From NCBI GenBank assembly GCA_017506735.1, contig JAFVMW010000005.1:19815-83814 (forward strand): a stretch of DNA of 64,000 bases, given 5' to 3'. Shown one piece after another: positions 34,981-44,050 of this stretch. Under the pieces are notes generated by a model that saw nothing but the letters and a program-made list of their open reading frames with translations, searched no databases and was not told the origin of the DNA. Position numbers and translations under genes: made by a program. Positions within the stretch are counted from its first letter, which is position 1, and each line of letters starts with the position of its first letter. The stretch is from Oscillospiraceae bacterium. GTDB taxonomy: Bacteria > Bacillota > Clostridia > Oscillospirales > Oscillospiraceae.

Positions 34981-35775
34981 ATGGCCGAATTTCGTGTTGA
35001 AAAGTCCAGCGGATATACGGTGATGAGCAACCACCACTTGCGCAATGCGGTTTTATCGTTAAAGGCAAAGGGGCTGCTGAGTCTGATGCTCAGCCTGCCC
35101 GACAACTGGGATTACACGCTGGCAGGCCTTGCTCACATCTCCGTGGAGGGCAAGGACGCGATCCGGGCCGCCATCCAGGAACTGGAACAGGAGGGCTATG
35201 TGGAGCGCCGCCAGACCCGGGATGAAAACGGCAAACTGGCCGGGAATGAGTACATCATCCGGGAGTCTCCCGTTGCACCGTTGTCGGAAAACCCGACGAC
35301 GGATAACCCGTCGACGGAAAAACCGTTGACGGAAAATCCAACGGAATTAATTAAAGATATATCAAGTAAAGATAAATCTGAAAAGAAAAGTAAAAAAGAA
35401 AAGAGTGCCAAGGCTCGCAAACCCAAGCCGGAGCCTTTGACCAGAGCGCAGATCAAAGATCAAATCATGGATTGGTTTAGGCCGATTTCCAGAGATGCTC
35501 CCGAAGCTCTCCAATATCAGCTGTGGAAGGATCTGTGGCTGTATCTTGAACACAAGGAGACCCTTGGCAAGCCGTACCGGGATAAGGGCGGCGTGACCGG
35601 CTTGTGCAACAAGCTGATGCGCTACTCCGGCGGCGATCTGGGGATCATGTGCGAGGTACTGGAGACGGCCCTGGAGCACGGCTGGCAGGGTATCCACCCG
35701 CCCAGCGGTAACCGGCACAATTTCCGGGGCGGACCGCCTGAAAAACCGGCAGGGGAGGAGAAGCGATGGCTGTAA
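34981..35775 (+). CDS. Phage replication initiator (N-terminal HTH)
   Basis: YTVMSNHHLRN..LSLKAKGLLS.MLSLPDNW; internal iterons; precedes a DnaB-like helicase. Confidence 0.85.
   Translation: MAEFRVEKSSGYTVMSNHHLRNAVLSLKAKGLLSLMLSLPDNWDYTLAGLAHISVEGKDAIRAAIQELEQEGYVERRQTRDENGKLAGNEYIIRESPVAPLSENPTTDNPSTEKPLTENPTELIKDISSKDKSEKKSKKEKSAKARKPKPEPLTRAQIKDQIMDWFRPISRDAPEALQYQLWKDLWLYLEHKETLGKPYRDKGGVTGLCNKLMRYSGGDLGIMCEVLETALEHGWQGIHPPSGNRHNFRGGPPEKPAGEEKRWL
35278..35405. repeat. Four 15-bp iterons plus AT-rich tract (putative phage origin)
   Basis: CCGTTGTCGGAAAAC, CCGACGACGGATAAC, CCGTCGACGGAAAAA, CCGTTGACGGAAAAT in tandem, then an A-rich stretch. Confidence 0.75.
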
Positions 35776-37109
35776 CCACGCAGGACTGGCTGCAGGCACA
35801 GAACAGCGTGCTGGGCTCGGCGCTCATCGAGCCGGAGCTGGTGCCCAAGCTGCTGACGGAGACCAGCGAGGAGGATTTCTCCGGCCCCTGCGTCACGGTG
35901 TACAAGGCCATGCGGCGGCTGTTCCTCACCGGCGCACCGGTGGATGTGGTGTCCCTGTCCAACGCTCTGGGGCAGGAATACCGGAAGTTTCTCATGGAGC
36001 TGATGGAGATCACGCCCACCGCCGCCCACATCGATCACTACATACAGCTCTGTCGGGAACAGGCCCGGCATCTGGCGGTGCAGAGCCTTGCCCGGGATAT
36101 GCTGGCAGCGGAAAACGTTGACGAAATGCGCCGTCTGCTGGAAAAGGCCAACGGGCTGATGGTGGAGCGTCCCAGTATCCAGATTACCAACATGTCCCAG
36201 GCCCTCAAGTCCTTCATGGAACGGCACACCCGGCAGGTCAGTTATCTCACCTGGCCCATCGGGGAGCTGAACGGGGAGCTGTACGCGGAAGCCGGCGATT
36301 TCATCGTCTTTGGCGGCAGACCCTCTGCCGGCAAGTCGGCCATGGCCCTGCAGTGTGCCTGGCACTGGGCCCAGCGGCAGAAGGTGGGATTCTTCTCTCT
36401 GGAAACCTCAGCGGAGAAACTTTTCGACCGGCAGATGTCCGGTGTGGCCCGGATCTCCATGGGGGACATCAAGCGCAACACCATCCCGGACGCGGCCTGG
36501 AACCATCTGGCTGCCATCAATCAGGACATCGTGTCCACCAATCTGGAGCTGATCCGGGCGGCAGGCATGACTGTCGCGGACATCCGGGCCATGACGGTGC
36601 AGAAGGGGTATCGGCTGATCATCGTGGATTATCTCCAGCTGATCGAGTCCTCAGGCTCCAACCGCACTGAACAGGTGACGGCCATCTCCATCGGCCTGCA
36701 CACCCTGGCCCAGAGTCTGGGTGTCACGGTGGTAGCCCTGTCCCAGCTGAACCGCCCGGACAAGCAATCCAAAAACCAGGCCCAGGATATGTCGGCTCTG
36801 CGAGAGTCCGGCCAGATCGAGCAGGACGCAGACATCGTGATGATGCTCCGGCTGGAGGATGCGGACAAACCCTCCGGGGACCGAATCCTGGACATCGTAA
36901 AAAACAAGGAGGGCACCTGCCCGGCCATCAAACTGGCATTTGATGGCCGATACCAGACCTTTTACAAGGCGCACCAGACCGGCGAGACCATGGCCGAGAT
37001 CAACCGTATCGCCAAACGCGAAAAGCGGAAGCGTGCGGAGCAGGCCCAGAATGACGGCCAATTCTCCATGATGGAGGACGACCTGGCCAGTCTGCCGCCC
37101 GGATGGTAA
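35766..37109 (+). CDS. Phage DnaB-like replicative helicase
   Basis: GGRPSAGKS, FFSLE, IVDYLQL, LSQLNR, LRESGQIEQDAD, KNKEG. Confidence 0.93.
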   Translation: MAVTTQDWLQAQNSVLGSALIEPELVPKLLTETSEEDFSGPCVTVYKAMRRLFLTGAPVDVVSLSNALGQEYRKFLMELMEITPTAAHIDHYIQLCREQARHLAVQSLARDMLAAENVDEMRRLLEKANGLMVERPSIQITNMSQALKSFMERHTRQVSYLTWPIGELNGELYAEAGDFIVFGGRPSAGKSAMALQCAWHWAQRQKVGFFSLETSAEKLFDRQMSGVARISMGDIKRNTIPDAAWNHLAAINQDIVSTNLELIRAAGMTVADIRAMTVQKGYRLIIVDYLQLIESSGSNRTEQVTAISIGLHTLAQSLGVTVVALSQLNRPDKQSKNQAQDMSALRESGQIEQDADIVMMLRLEDADKPSGDRILDIVKNKEGTCPAIKLAFDGRYQTFYKAHQTGETMAEINRIAKREKRKRAEQAQNDGQFSMMEDDLASLPPGW

Positions 37110-37130
37110 CAGAAAGAAAGGAAGCAAATT

Positions 37131-37253
37131 ATGATCAAACTGAACAATTGGGCGGCCCAGGCCGTCATAACCCAGAGAAGCGAATTGACAATTGTTCCGC
37201 ATGATATGCTGGCTAACCTGCCCGAAGCCAGCGAGGAAGAGGTGGGCGCATGA
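37131..37253 (+). CDS. Small hypothetical protein (40 aa)
   Basis: AAGGAAG RBS; ATGA overlap with the methyltransferase gene. Confidence 0.45.
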   Translation: MIKLNNWAAQAVITQRSELTIVPHDMLANLPEASEEEVGA

Positions 37254-39172
37254 CCCGCAGAGACATCAAGCGGCACAGGAAACGGCTGTACCGGGCGTAT
37301 CTGAAAAGCATAGAAATACATCTGCATCCCATTGCGGACGTGGAGGCGGTAGTGCATGAACAAACCAGTTTCCTGGCTGAAATCATTACCGATAATTTTG
37401 CCGGAGGTGGTGGAGCATCCACCGGCATTGAACTGGCGGCGAGTCGCCCGGTGGCCATTGCCATCAACCACGATCCTGCTGCCATCCTGCTCCATAAGAC
37501 AAACCACCCGTACACGGAGCATTTGCAGGCATCTGTCTGGGATGTTGACCCGGTGCAGGTTGTCAAGGGGCGGCCTGTGGGCCTTGCGTGGTTCTCCCCG
37601 GATTGCAAGCACTTTTCCAAGGCCAAGGGCGCCGCTCTGGTGGACAAGAAAATCAGAGGTCTTGCGTGGATCGTCCTGAGGTGGGCGGCTCTGGTGCGGC
37701 CCCGGGTGATCATGCTGGAGAATGTGGAGGAGTTCCAGACCTGGGGACCCGTCCGCAAGGGTAAGCCGGTGAAGAAAAAGGCCGGTCAGACTTTCCGGCA
37801 GTGGAAGCAGCAGCTTGAGGATCTGGGATATGTGATCGAGCATCAGGAACTGGTGGCCGCTGACTTCGGTGCACCTACCACCCGGAAGAGGTTTGCTCTG
37901 ATTGCCCGGTGCGATGGTCAGCCCATCGTCTGGCCGGAGCGGACCCACGCTCCCAGAGATTCCGAGGAAGTCCGGAGCGGCAAGTGCAAGCCGTGGCGTT
38001 CTGCGGCGGAGATCATCGACTGGAGCCTGCCGGGTTACTCCGTGTTTGCGACCAAGCAGGAAATCAAAGAGCGCTTCGGGGTCACGGCAGTCAGGCCGCT
38101 GGCGAAGAACACCATGCGCCGCATCATCCGTGGCGTGGACAAGTTCACCATCCGTTCCGGGGCACCCTTCATCGTGGAGTGCAATCACGGCGGTGACGGC
38201 CATACCAGAAGCACCGGGGAGCCGGTGAACACAGTGACCGGAAAATACACGGGGGGGCTGTGTCAGCCTGTGATGGCTCCGTGGACAGTCACTAACACCA
38301 CCAACTCTGTGGGTGCGCCGGTGTCTGATCCGGTCCATACCGTAACCAGCGCCGGAAATCAGATCCTTGCCGCCGCCAACCTGATCCAGTACCACACGGA
38401 GCAGTCCGAGAAGGTCAGAGGTCAGGGCATGACAGACCCCATCATGACGGTGGACGCTGCCAACCGATACGGTCTGGCCTGTGCCAATCTGGTGGAGTAT
38501 TACGGCAACGGCAATCCGCTGGACGTAGTCGAGCCTATGCACACGGTAACCGCCCATGACCGGGAGGGCCTTGTGTCAGCCCACATCCAGAAGTATTTCG
38601 ACGGTGGTTATAAGGGCTGCGGCGATCGTGCAGACAATCCGCTGTCCACGGTTACAGCTATGCCCAGACATGGAGTGTGTGCTGCGCACATGGTCAAGTT
38701 CAAGGCTCAGGAGCTGGGCACCAGTCCGGTTGACCCGCTCCCAACCATCACGGCCCAGTCTTCGGCCGGAGGATTTGCACAGTGCTGCGCAGTCCTCACA
38801 AAAGCCAGCTCCCGAGAAAACCTCGGACATTGGCCGGAAATCCGGGCGTTGCTGAATGAGCACTGCGGCTATCAGCTGGCGGACGATGAGATTATCCTGC
38901 TCCTGATCCGTGGCGTGGCGTATTACATCGCCGACATCACCCTGCGGATGCTGACACCCAGGGAGCTGTACAACGCTATGGGATTTCCTGCGGACTACAT
39001 CATCGACCGGGACTGGACAGGCAGGGAGTACAAAAAGACCGATCAGGTCGCACGGTGCGGCAATGCGGTTTGTCCGCCGATGGCCTATGCGATGGTCTGG
39101 GCCAACTTCCCGGAATGGCGGACGGGTAGGATTGAAACTATGGAGCAGTTCCATGAGGCTGTGGCTGTGTAG
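37250..39172 (+). CDS. Orphan DNA (cytosine-5) methyltransferase
   Basis: FAGGGG, FSPDCKHFS, LENV, PTTRKR, RMLTPREL, CGNAV. Confidence 0.92.
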   Translation: MTRRDIKRHRKRLYRAYLKSIEIHLHPIADVEAVVHEQTSFLAEIITDNFAGGGGASTGIELAASRPVAIAINHDPAAILLHKTNHPYTEHLQASVWDVDPVQVVKGRPVGLAWFSPDCKHFSKAKGAALVDKKIRGLAWIVLRWAALVRPRVIMLENVEEFQTWGPVRKGKPVKKKAGQTFRQWKQQLEDLGYVIEHQELVAADFGAPTTRKRFALIARCDGQPIVWPERTHAPRDSEEVRSGKCKPWRSAAEIIDWSLPGYSVFATKQEIKERFGVTAVRPLAKNTMRRIIRGVDKFTIRSGAPFIVECNHGGDGHTRSTGEPVNTVTGKYTGGLCQPVMAPWTVTNTTNSVGAPVSDPVHTVTSAGNQILAAANLIQYHTEQSEKVRGQGMTDPIMTVDAANRYGLACANLVEYYGNGNPLDVVEPMHTVTAHDREGLVSAHIQKYFDGGYKGCGDRADNPLSTVTAMPRHGVCAAHMVKFKAQELGTSPVDPLPTITAQSSAGGFAQCCAVLTKASSRENLGHWPEIRALLNEHCGYQLADDEIILLLIRGVAYYIADITLRMLTPRELYNAMGFPADYIIDRDWTGREYKKTDQVARCGNAVCPPMAYAMVWANFPEWRTGRIETMEQFHEAVAV

Positions 39173-39192
39173 GCAGAAGGGAGAATACCAAT

Positions 39193-40344
39193 ATGGCAAA
39201 ACGGGTTAATTATCGATGCCCGCTGCAATCCGAGTGCGAGCGGAGATGCTCTTACTCAGGGAGGGAGTTGGACTGTGAATATTACAGCGCTAATGCCCGG
39301 GGCGAACTGGTGATCGAGGACCAGGAGCAACTCCGCCGGGCCAGAGAGCGGGAACGGGAAGAAAAATGGTATGCCGAGCAGCTCGGCGACGATGATGAAG
39401 AAGAAGCGAGCGAAATCATCACCGTGTCCGCCCGGAGCGTGGACACCATCACCGCCGAGATTATCGGCCTGGCCAACCAGACGGCCCAGATCCTGCTGCT
39501 CTCCGCCTGCGAAATGGGCAAGCGGATGCTGGAGGCCAAGGAGCTTTGCGCTCACGGCCAGTGGGACGGCTACCTTGCCGGGCTGTGTGAGCAGCTGGGC
39601 GTGTCCCAGCGTACCGCCCGGAACTGGATGAAGCTCTCCAAGGAGTGGAACAATCAGGCAAATTTGCAATCGCTTGCAAATTTAACCTACACCAAGGCCG
39701 TCAAACTCCTGTCCCTGCCCGAGGCAGAGCGTGAGGAGTTTGTGGAGGCCCATGATGTGGAGGCCATGTCCTCCCGGGAGCTGGAGCAGGCCATCCGTGC
39801 GCAGAGGGATGCAGAGGCAGCGGCGCAGGCCCTCCGGGAACAGGCCAGGGCCCAGCAGGAGCAGATCAGCGAGCTTTCCCGGCAGGTGGAGGCAGAAAAG
39901 AGCCTGGCCCTGGATGCCAGAACCGAGGCCGAGCGGCTCCGGAACAATCCCGAAATCCCTGCCGCCAGAATCGAGGCCATCGCCGAGGAGGCCCGGAAGC
40001 AGGCCGAGGCCGCCTATGCTGAGCAACTCCAGACGGCCCAGGAAGAAGCAGCCGAAAAGGAGGAGGCCCGGGCCGGTATGGAGGCCGCACTGGTGGAGGC
40101 TCAGCGGCAGCTCGCCGAGCTGAAGGCCGCCCCGGAAACCCAGACCCAGACGCTGGGGGACCCGGACGGGGCCGCCTTCGAAATCTACCTGAAGGAGTTG
40201 CAGGAAACCGTGAACAAAATGAATGGCCACTATCTGAAGGCCAAAGCCCGGAATCCGGAGCTGGCCGCCAGAATGGTGAAGGCCTTCCGGGGCCTTACGG
40301 ATAAGCTGGACGGGCTGACGAAGAAAATGGAGGCAAGCGCATGA
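39193..40344 (+). CDS. DUF3102 domain coiled-coil protein
   Basis: GKRMLEAKELCAHGQW, RTARNWMK, YTKAVKLLSLP, MSSREL. Confidence 0.8.
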   Translation: MAKRVNYRCPLQSECERRCSYSGRELDCEYYSANARGELVIEDQEQLRRAREREREEKWYAEQLGDDDEEEASEIITVSARSVDTITAEIIGLANQTAQILLLSACEMGKRMLEAKELCAHGQWDGYLAGLCEQLGVSQRTARNWMKLSKEWNNQANLQSLANLTYTKAVKLLSLPEAEREEFVEAHDVEAMSSRELEQAIRAQRDAEAAAQALREQARAQQEQISELSRQVEAEKSLALDARTEAERLRNNPEIPAARIEAIAEEARKQAEAAYAEQLQTAQEEAAEKEEARAGMEAALVEAQRQLAELKAAPETQTQTLGDPDGAAFEIYLKELQETVNKMNGHYLKAKARNPELAARMVKAFRGLTDKLDGLTKKMEASA

Positions 40345-40520
40345 GTGAAATGTATAAATGCCAGGACTGCGGCAAGGAAACGCCCAATTCCCACGACATC
40401 CGTTCCGTTGACGGTTCCCGAGTCATTTTAACAGTCCACCGGTGCGATGCCTGCCAGCGGCGTTTTGATTTGGAGCTGGATTTCCAGTCAGAAGGGGAAC
40501 CCTTCTGGAGCGCCGCTTGA
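40341..40520 (+). CDS. Small zinc-finger protein (59 aa)
   Basis: CQDC...CDAC; ATGA overlap; not in ORF track. Confidence 0.6.
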   Translation: MSEMYKCQDCGKETPNSHDIRSVDGSRVILTVHRCDACQRRFDLELDFQSEGEPFWSAA

Positions 40521-40708
40521 TCTGCCCGTGGTGCGGCTGTGAGTACGACGATTATCTGGGCTACGAATTTGAGGGCGACGCTGAGGCCGTTGAGTGCAGA
40601 TACTGCGGAAAACATTTTGATCTGGCAATCCAAACCACGCGGAGATACAGCACCAAACGGAGCCTCTGTGATATGCCTGAGAATTATGGAGAGGAGGATT
40701 CCGAGTGA
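40517..40708 (+). CDS. Small zinc-ribbon protein
   Basis: CPWC...CRYC. Confidence 0.6.
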   Translation: MICPWCGCEYDDYLGYEFEGDAEAVECRYCGKHFDLAIQTTRRYSTKRSLCDMPENYGEEDSE

Positions 40709-41055
40709 GCCGTGGAACCTTATCCGATGCGGAGCTCCGGTGGGCTCACCGGCGGTGGTGCGAGGGGTATTCCCTGGCAGAAATCGGGGATGCGCTGTTT
40801 GTCAGCGCATCGGCCCTGGGCGATGCCTTCCGCAGGCATGGCCTTGTGCGGGAGCGGCGGCCCATTTCCTACAAAACGCCAACCCGGGCGGAGGTGCTCC
40901 GGGAGATGGACAACATCAGACTGGCGGACGCACTCCTGGATATGCACAATGGTGCAGGATTTTGCCGGAATCTGCCGGAGTGCCGGGGGAACATCCTCAG
41001 AGTCCGCTGCATGAAATGTATGCTGGCCTGGCTGGAGGAGGCGGTGGAGCGATGA
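40705..41055 (+). CDS. Hypothetical protein with HTH-like N-terminus and Cys-rich C-terminus
   Basis: GYSLAEIGDALFVS; C..C..WLEE. Confidence 0.6.
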   Translation: MSRGTLSDAELRWAHRRWCEGYSLAEIGDALFVSASALGDAFRRHGLVRERRPISYKTPTRAEVLREMDNIRLADALLDMHNGAGFCRNLPECRGNILRVRCMKCMLAWLEEAVER

Positions 41056-41243
41056 TCGATAATCATCATTACTCCGTTTATCACCGGGGAACGGATCGGC
41101 CCATTATGATCCACGGCACCGCAGCGGAATGCGCCCGGGCCATGGGGGTGCTGGTTGCCAGCTTCCGCTCCTTCTGGTGCCGCCAGCGCAGGGGCAGACC
41201 CAATGCCTGCCGAAAATGGGAAATCATCCGGGAGGAGGACTGA
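41052..41243 (+). CDS. Phage hypothetical protein (63 aa)
   Basis: GGAGG RBS; GTAAECARAMG motif. Confidence 0.6.
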   Translation: MIDNHHYSVYHRGTDRPIMIHGTAAECARAMGVLVASFRSFWCRQRRGRPNACRKWEIIREED

Positions 41244-41244
41244 T

Positions 41245-41514
41245 ATGGAGAAATATATATCTGTTGCCGATGCCAAGTCCTGCGCCCTGGCTCGGCACTC
41301 CGACCCGATCATCCGGTCGGCAATCTATGGCGTGCTGGATGATACCCCGGCGGCAGAGGTCGCACCGATGGTGCCTGGGCGATGGGATCCGTCCTCGAGT
41401 TATTACGGATTCCGTTGCTGCTCCGTGTGTGGTGGTACCATTCAGTTCGACGATGATGATGTTTGGCCGTTTTGCCCACGGTGTGGGCATCCGATGGAGG
41501 TGGAACCGCAATGA
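41245..41514 (+). CDS. Phage zinc-ribbon hypothetical protein
   Basis: PAAEVAP..GRW..CSVCG..FCPRCG..M. Confidence 0.75.
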   Translation: MEKYISVADAKSCALARHSDPIIRSAIYGVLDDTPAAEVAPMVPGRWDPSSSYYGFRCCSVCGGTIQFDDDDVWPFCPRCGHPMEVEPQ

Positions 41515-41945
41515 ATATGGTTAGAAAAACTATATTCCAGATCGTATCCAATGGAAAGCTTGCCAAGACGGTCAGATGCAGTAAGATTTGCAGTGTGTAC
41601 TCAGAGGCCGGTGCGGTCGCAGCGTTGCAATTATTTGCACGGCAAGGGGCCGATGAATATTGCGTGACAATCACCATGCGCCCCTCTGATTTGGATAGGA
41701 CGATTCGAGATGTTTTCGGGCCCTACAAACCCAAAACCAACGCCGACCGGATCCGGACGATGACGGACGCAGAGCTGGCGGATTTTCTCCACGAGGCGAC
41801 CATGGCAGCAGACACCCCGTGGAACTACGCATTCAGCAAGGCGTTTTGTGATGCCTGCGAACCGGATACCTGCGACCGGGAAACGGAGTGCCCCAACGGC
41901 AGACCGGTGGACTGGTGGCTGGGGCAGGAGGTGCAGGGAAAATGA
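41511..41945 (+). CDS. Phage hypothetical protein
   Basis: TNADRIRTMTDAELA motif; Cys-rich end. Confidence 0.65.
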   Translation: MNMVRKTIFQIVSNGKLAKTVRCSKICSVYSEAGAVAALQLFARQGADEYCVTITMRPSDLDRTIRDVFGPYKPKTNADRIRTMTDAELADFLHEATMAADTPWNYAFSKAFCDACEPDTCDRETECPNGRPVDWWLGQEVQGK

Positions 41946-42181
41946 AAATAGTCGTTGAGATGACAGACGAAGAGTTTCTGGAGTTCTCGGAGTGGCGCAA
42001 GGAGCACAAGGTTTATGTTGCCAAAGAAAGGGCGTTCTGGTCTAAACTTGAGTATGTCGCGAAAAAGGTGAACTGGGCCGTAGAGCCTGACCCTAAAAAG
42101 GAAGGACGATATAAAATCGTGGACCATGACCATATGGATGAGCTGTATGCGATGTCTGGAGATATCCTCGCCGATGCCTAG
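41942..42181 (+). CDS. Phage hypothetical protein
   Basis: GGAGG RBS; ATGA overlap. Confidence 0.6.
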   Translation: MKIVVEMTDEEFLEFSEWRKEHKVYVAKERAFWSKLEYVAKKVNWAVEPDPKKEGRYKIVDHDHMDELYAMSGDILADA

Positions 42182-42383
42182 TCTTATCCCCTTCCCCAGT
42201 CATCACATCACGCTGGCTGAGGCCTGTATGATTGTTCGGGATCGGATGGAGGACGACTCCATCCCGATCCCCACAAAGGTTTTGGCCATCGAAATGGTGG
42301 CCAGAATGGAAACCCACAACAGTATCCGAAAGGACGACCTGGTGGCTGCCCTTCGGTGGCTGTTTGATCATTATGATTTTTAG
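42174..42383 (+). CDS. Phage hypothetical protein
   Basis: Operon context, GGAG RBS. Confidence 0.6.
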   Translation: MPSLIPFPSHHITLAEACMIVRDRMEDDSIPIPTKVLAIEMVARMETHNSIRKDDLVAALRWLFDHYDF

Positions 42384-42393
42384 GAGGGAAAAC

Positions 42394-42663
42394 GTGAACA
42401 AGGAAAACAGACAAATTGCCTGGCTGTGGCTGGCGACGCTGCTGGTGCTGCTGATCGTCATCGGCATGGGCATCCGCTGCAACCGGGCGGAGGTGGACGG
42501 CCCCGGCCATCCGCTGTGCCGGATCACCTATTATCTGACGGAAGACGGCACAGTCTGCACCGTCCTGGAAAACCTCAGCGACCACGATCTGACCATCACA
42601 TTCCCGGAGGGGGTTCTGCCTCCTCCTGCGGAGATCGGAGGCAATGATGGCGCAGCATACTGA
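42394..42663 (+). CDS. Small membrane-anchored phage protein
   Basis: AGGAGG RBS, GTG start, one TM segment. Confidence 0.6.
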   Translation: MNKENRQIAWLWLATLLVLLIVIGMGIRCNRAEVDGPGHPLCRITYYLTEDGTVCTVLENLSDHDLTITFPEGVLPPPAEIGGNDGAAY

Positions 42664-43015
42664 TCCCCGGATGAATGCCATCCTTTCACGCCTGCGCCGC
42701 AGGCACGTTGACGTAGGTGATACTCAAGCTGTGATCCTTGCGCTGGAGGATGAGATCGATACTTATCGAGAATCCATCAGAATTCTTCGGGACAAGGTGG
42801 ACGAATGCTCTGCTGAGTGCGGAGCCCGTGAGCAGGGGAAGCAGGAGGGTGCCCGCTTCGGTGCCATAGCTCTGGCCGGAACCATTATGAATGATTACAT
42901 CGGGAAAATGGAGGAACGGGAGCTGCTGAACATGAGGGAAAGGGAGCTGATTCTGGAGCTGTCCAGAAATCTGGCCTCAGACCTCAATGGCCTGCTGAGG
43001 AGGTACGATGGCTAA
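42644..43015 (+). CDS. Coiled-coil phage hypothetical protein
   Basis: GGAGG RBS; overlaps neighbours. Confidence 0.6.
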   Translation: MMAQHTDPRMNAILSRLRRRHVDVGDTQAVILALEDEIDTYRESIRILRDKVDECSAECGAREQGKQEGARFGAIALAGTIMNDYIGKMEERELLNMRERELILELSRNLASDLNGLLRRYDG

Positions 43016-43754
43016 AGAGCGACGTAAGATCATCGTTGCCGGCAATATGTGGATGGCGGTACAGTACACCGCCATCCACACGCAAAACCAGGCGGCGCGC
43101 CGTGAGGCAAAGGCCCACATCTCAACTCCGGCCCGGGAGGCACTGAACGCATCCAAAAGCTGGGAAAAGATGATGCTGGTGCTCGCTGCCAATTTCCGCA
43201 GCCGGGATCTGGTTGTAACCCTTACCTATAAGGACGGCGACCTGCCGCCCACACGGGAGGCGGCGGACAAGCGGCTGGATAATTTTATCCGTGCCCTCCG
43301 CAAGTACCGCAGGAGCAAGGGGCAGGCGCTGGTCTACTGCCGGGCCACCGAGGGTTACCACTCCGGTGGCCGACTCCACCACCATCTGATCCTCAATGCC
43401 ACCGGCGATGATTATGAGATCATCCGGCAGCTCTGGGCAAAGAACGGTGACAACATTGATTTCGAGCCTTTTGGCCATGAGGGTGCCGAGCGTTGGGCCA
43501 AGTATCTGACAAAGGAGCCCAGAGTCCAAGGCCGCCGTTATGTGGGCGATCGGACATGGCGCACCAGCCGCAACGTCAAAAAACCGGTGACCAGCTACTG
43601 CTTTGTCCCGGAGACTGACGAACTGGAGGCTCCGCCGGGTGCCCACATCTGCCGAAAGCTGGAGGACCAAAACAGCTATGGACGGTTTAAGTGGATGGTC
43701 GCTCTGCTGCCGGAGCGTGACAACTGCATACCCCTAAAATCTGACTTGGGGTAG
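43008..43754 (+). CDS. HUH endonuclease, rolling-circle Rep-like
   Basis: Motif I VVTLTY, motif II RLHHHLIL, motif III AKYLTKE. Confidence 0.8.
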   Translation: MAKERRKIIVAGNMWMAVQYTAIHTQNQAARREAKAHISTPAREALNASKSWEKMMLVLAANFRSRDLVVTLTYKDGDLPPTREAADKRLDNFIRALRKYRRSKGQALVYCRATEGYHSGGRLHHHLILNATGDDYEIIRQLWAKNGDNIDFEPFGHEGAERWAKYLTKEPRVQGRRYVGDRTWRTSRNVKKPVTSYCFVPETDELEAPPGAHICRKLEDQNSYGRFKWMVALLPERDNCIPLKSDLG

Positions 43755-43796
43755 TGTATAATAATCGGGAAGTCCCAAAAAAGGAGGTTGACACAG

Positions 43797-43979
43797 TTGC
43801 AAAATCCCACAGGATGTGGTAAAATGGACGCAAATCGGAGGAGATACCGCTGCCCGTTATGCGGCAAGCAAACCCTGTTTTTCCTCCGGCCTGATACCGA
43901 GGTGCGAAACCTGCCTGTCAAGTGCAAAACTTGCGGCAAGGAAGTCGTCGTGAATATTTCGCCGAGCCTGAGCCATTAG
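43797..43979 (+). CDS. Cys-rich KTR/Com-like zinc-ribbon regulator
   Basis: CPLCGKQT..RPDTEVRNLPVKCKTC; AAGGAGG RBS before TTG. Confidence 0.75.
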   Translation: MQNPTGCGKMDANRRRYRCPLCGKQTLFFLRPDTEVRNLPVKCKTCGKEVVVNISPSLSH

Positions 43980-44034
43980 AGCCTGAGCCATGTGTCCGCT
44001 GTCTGCGGATCTGGTTCAGGCTCTTTTTGTTTTT
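43964..44034 (+). terminator. Terminator with duplicated left arm ahead of late genes
   Basis: GAGCCTGAGCCAT at 43964 and 43979; complementary TGGTTCAGGCTC at 44012-44023, then a T-run. Confidence 0.75.
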
Positions 44035-44050
44035 CCGGAGGTGATTGCCA

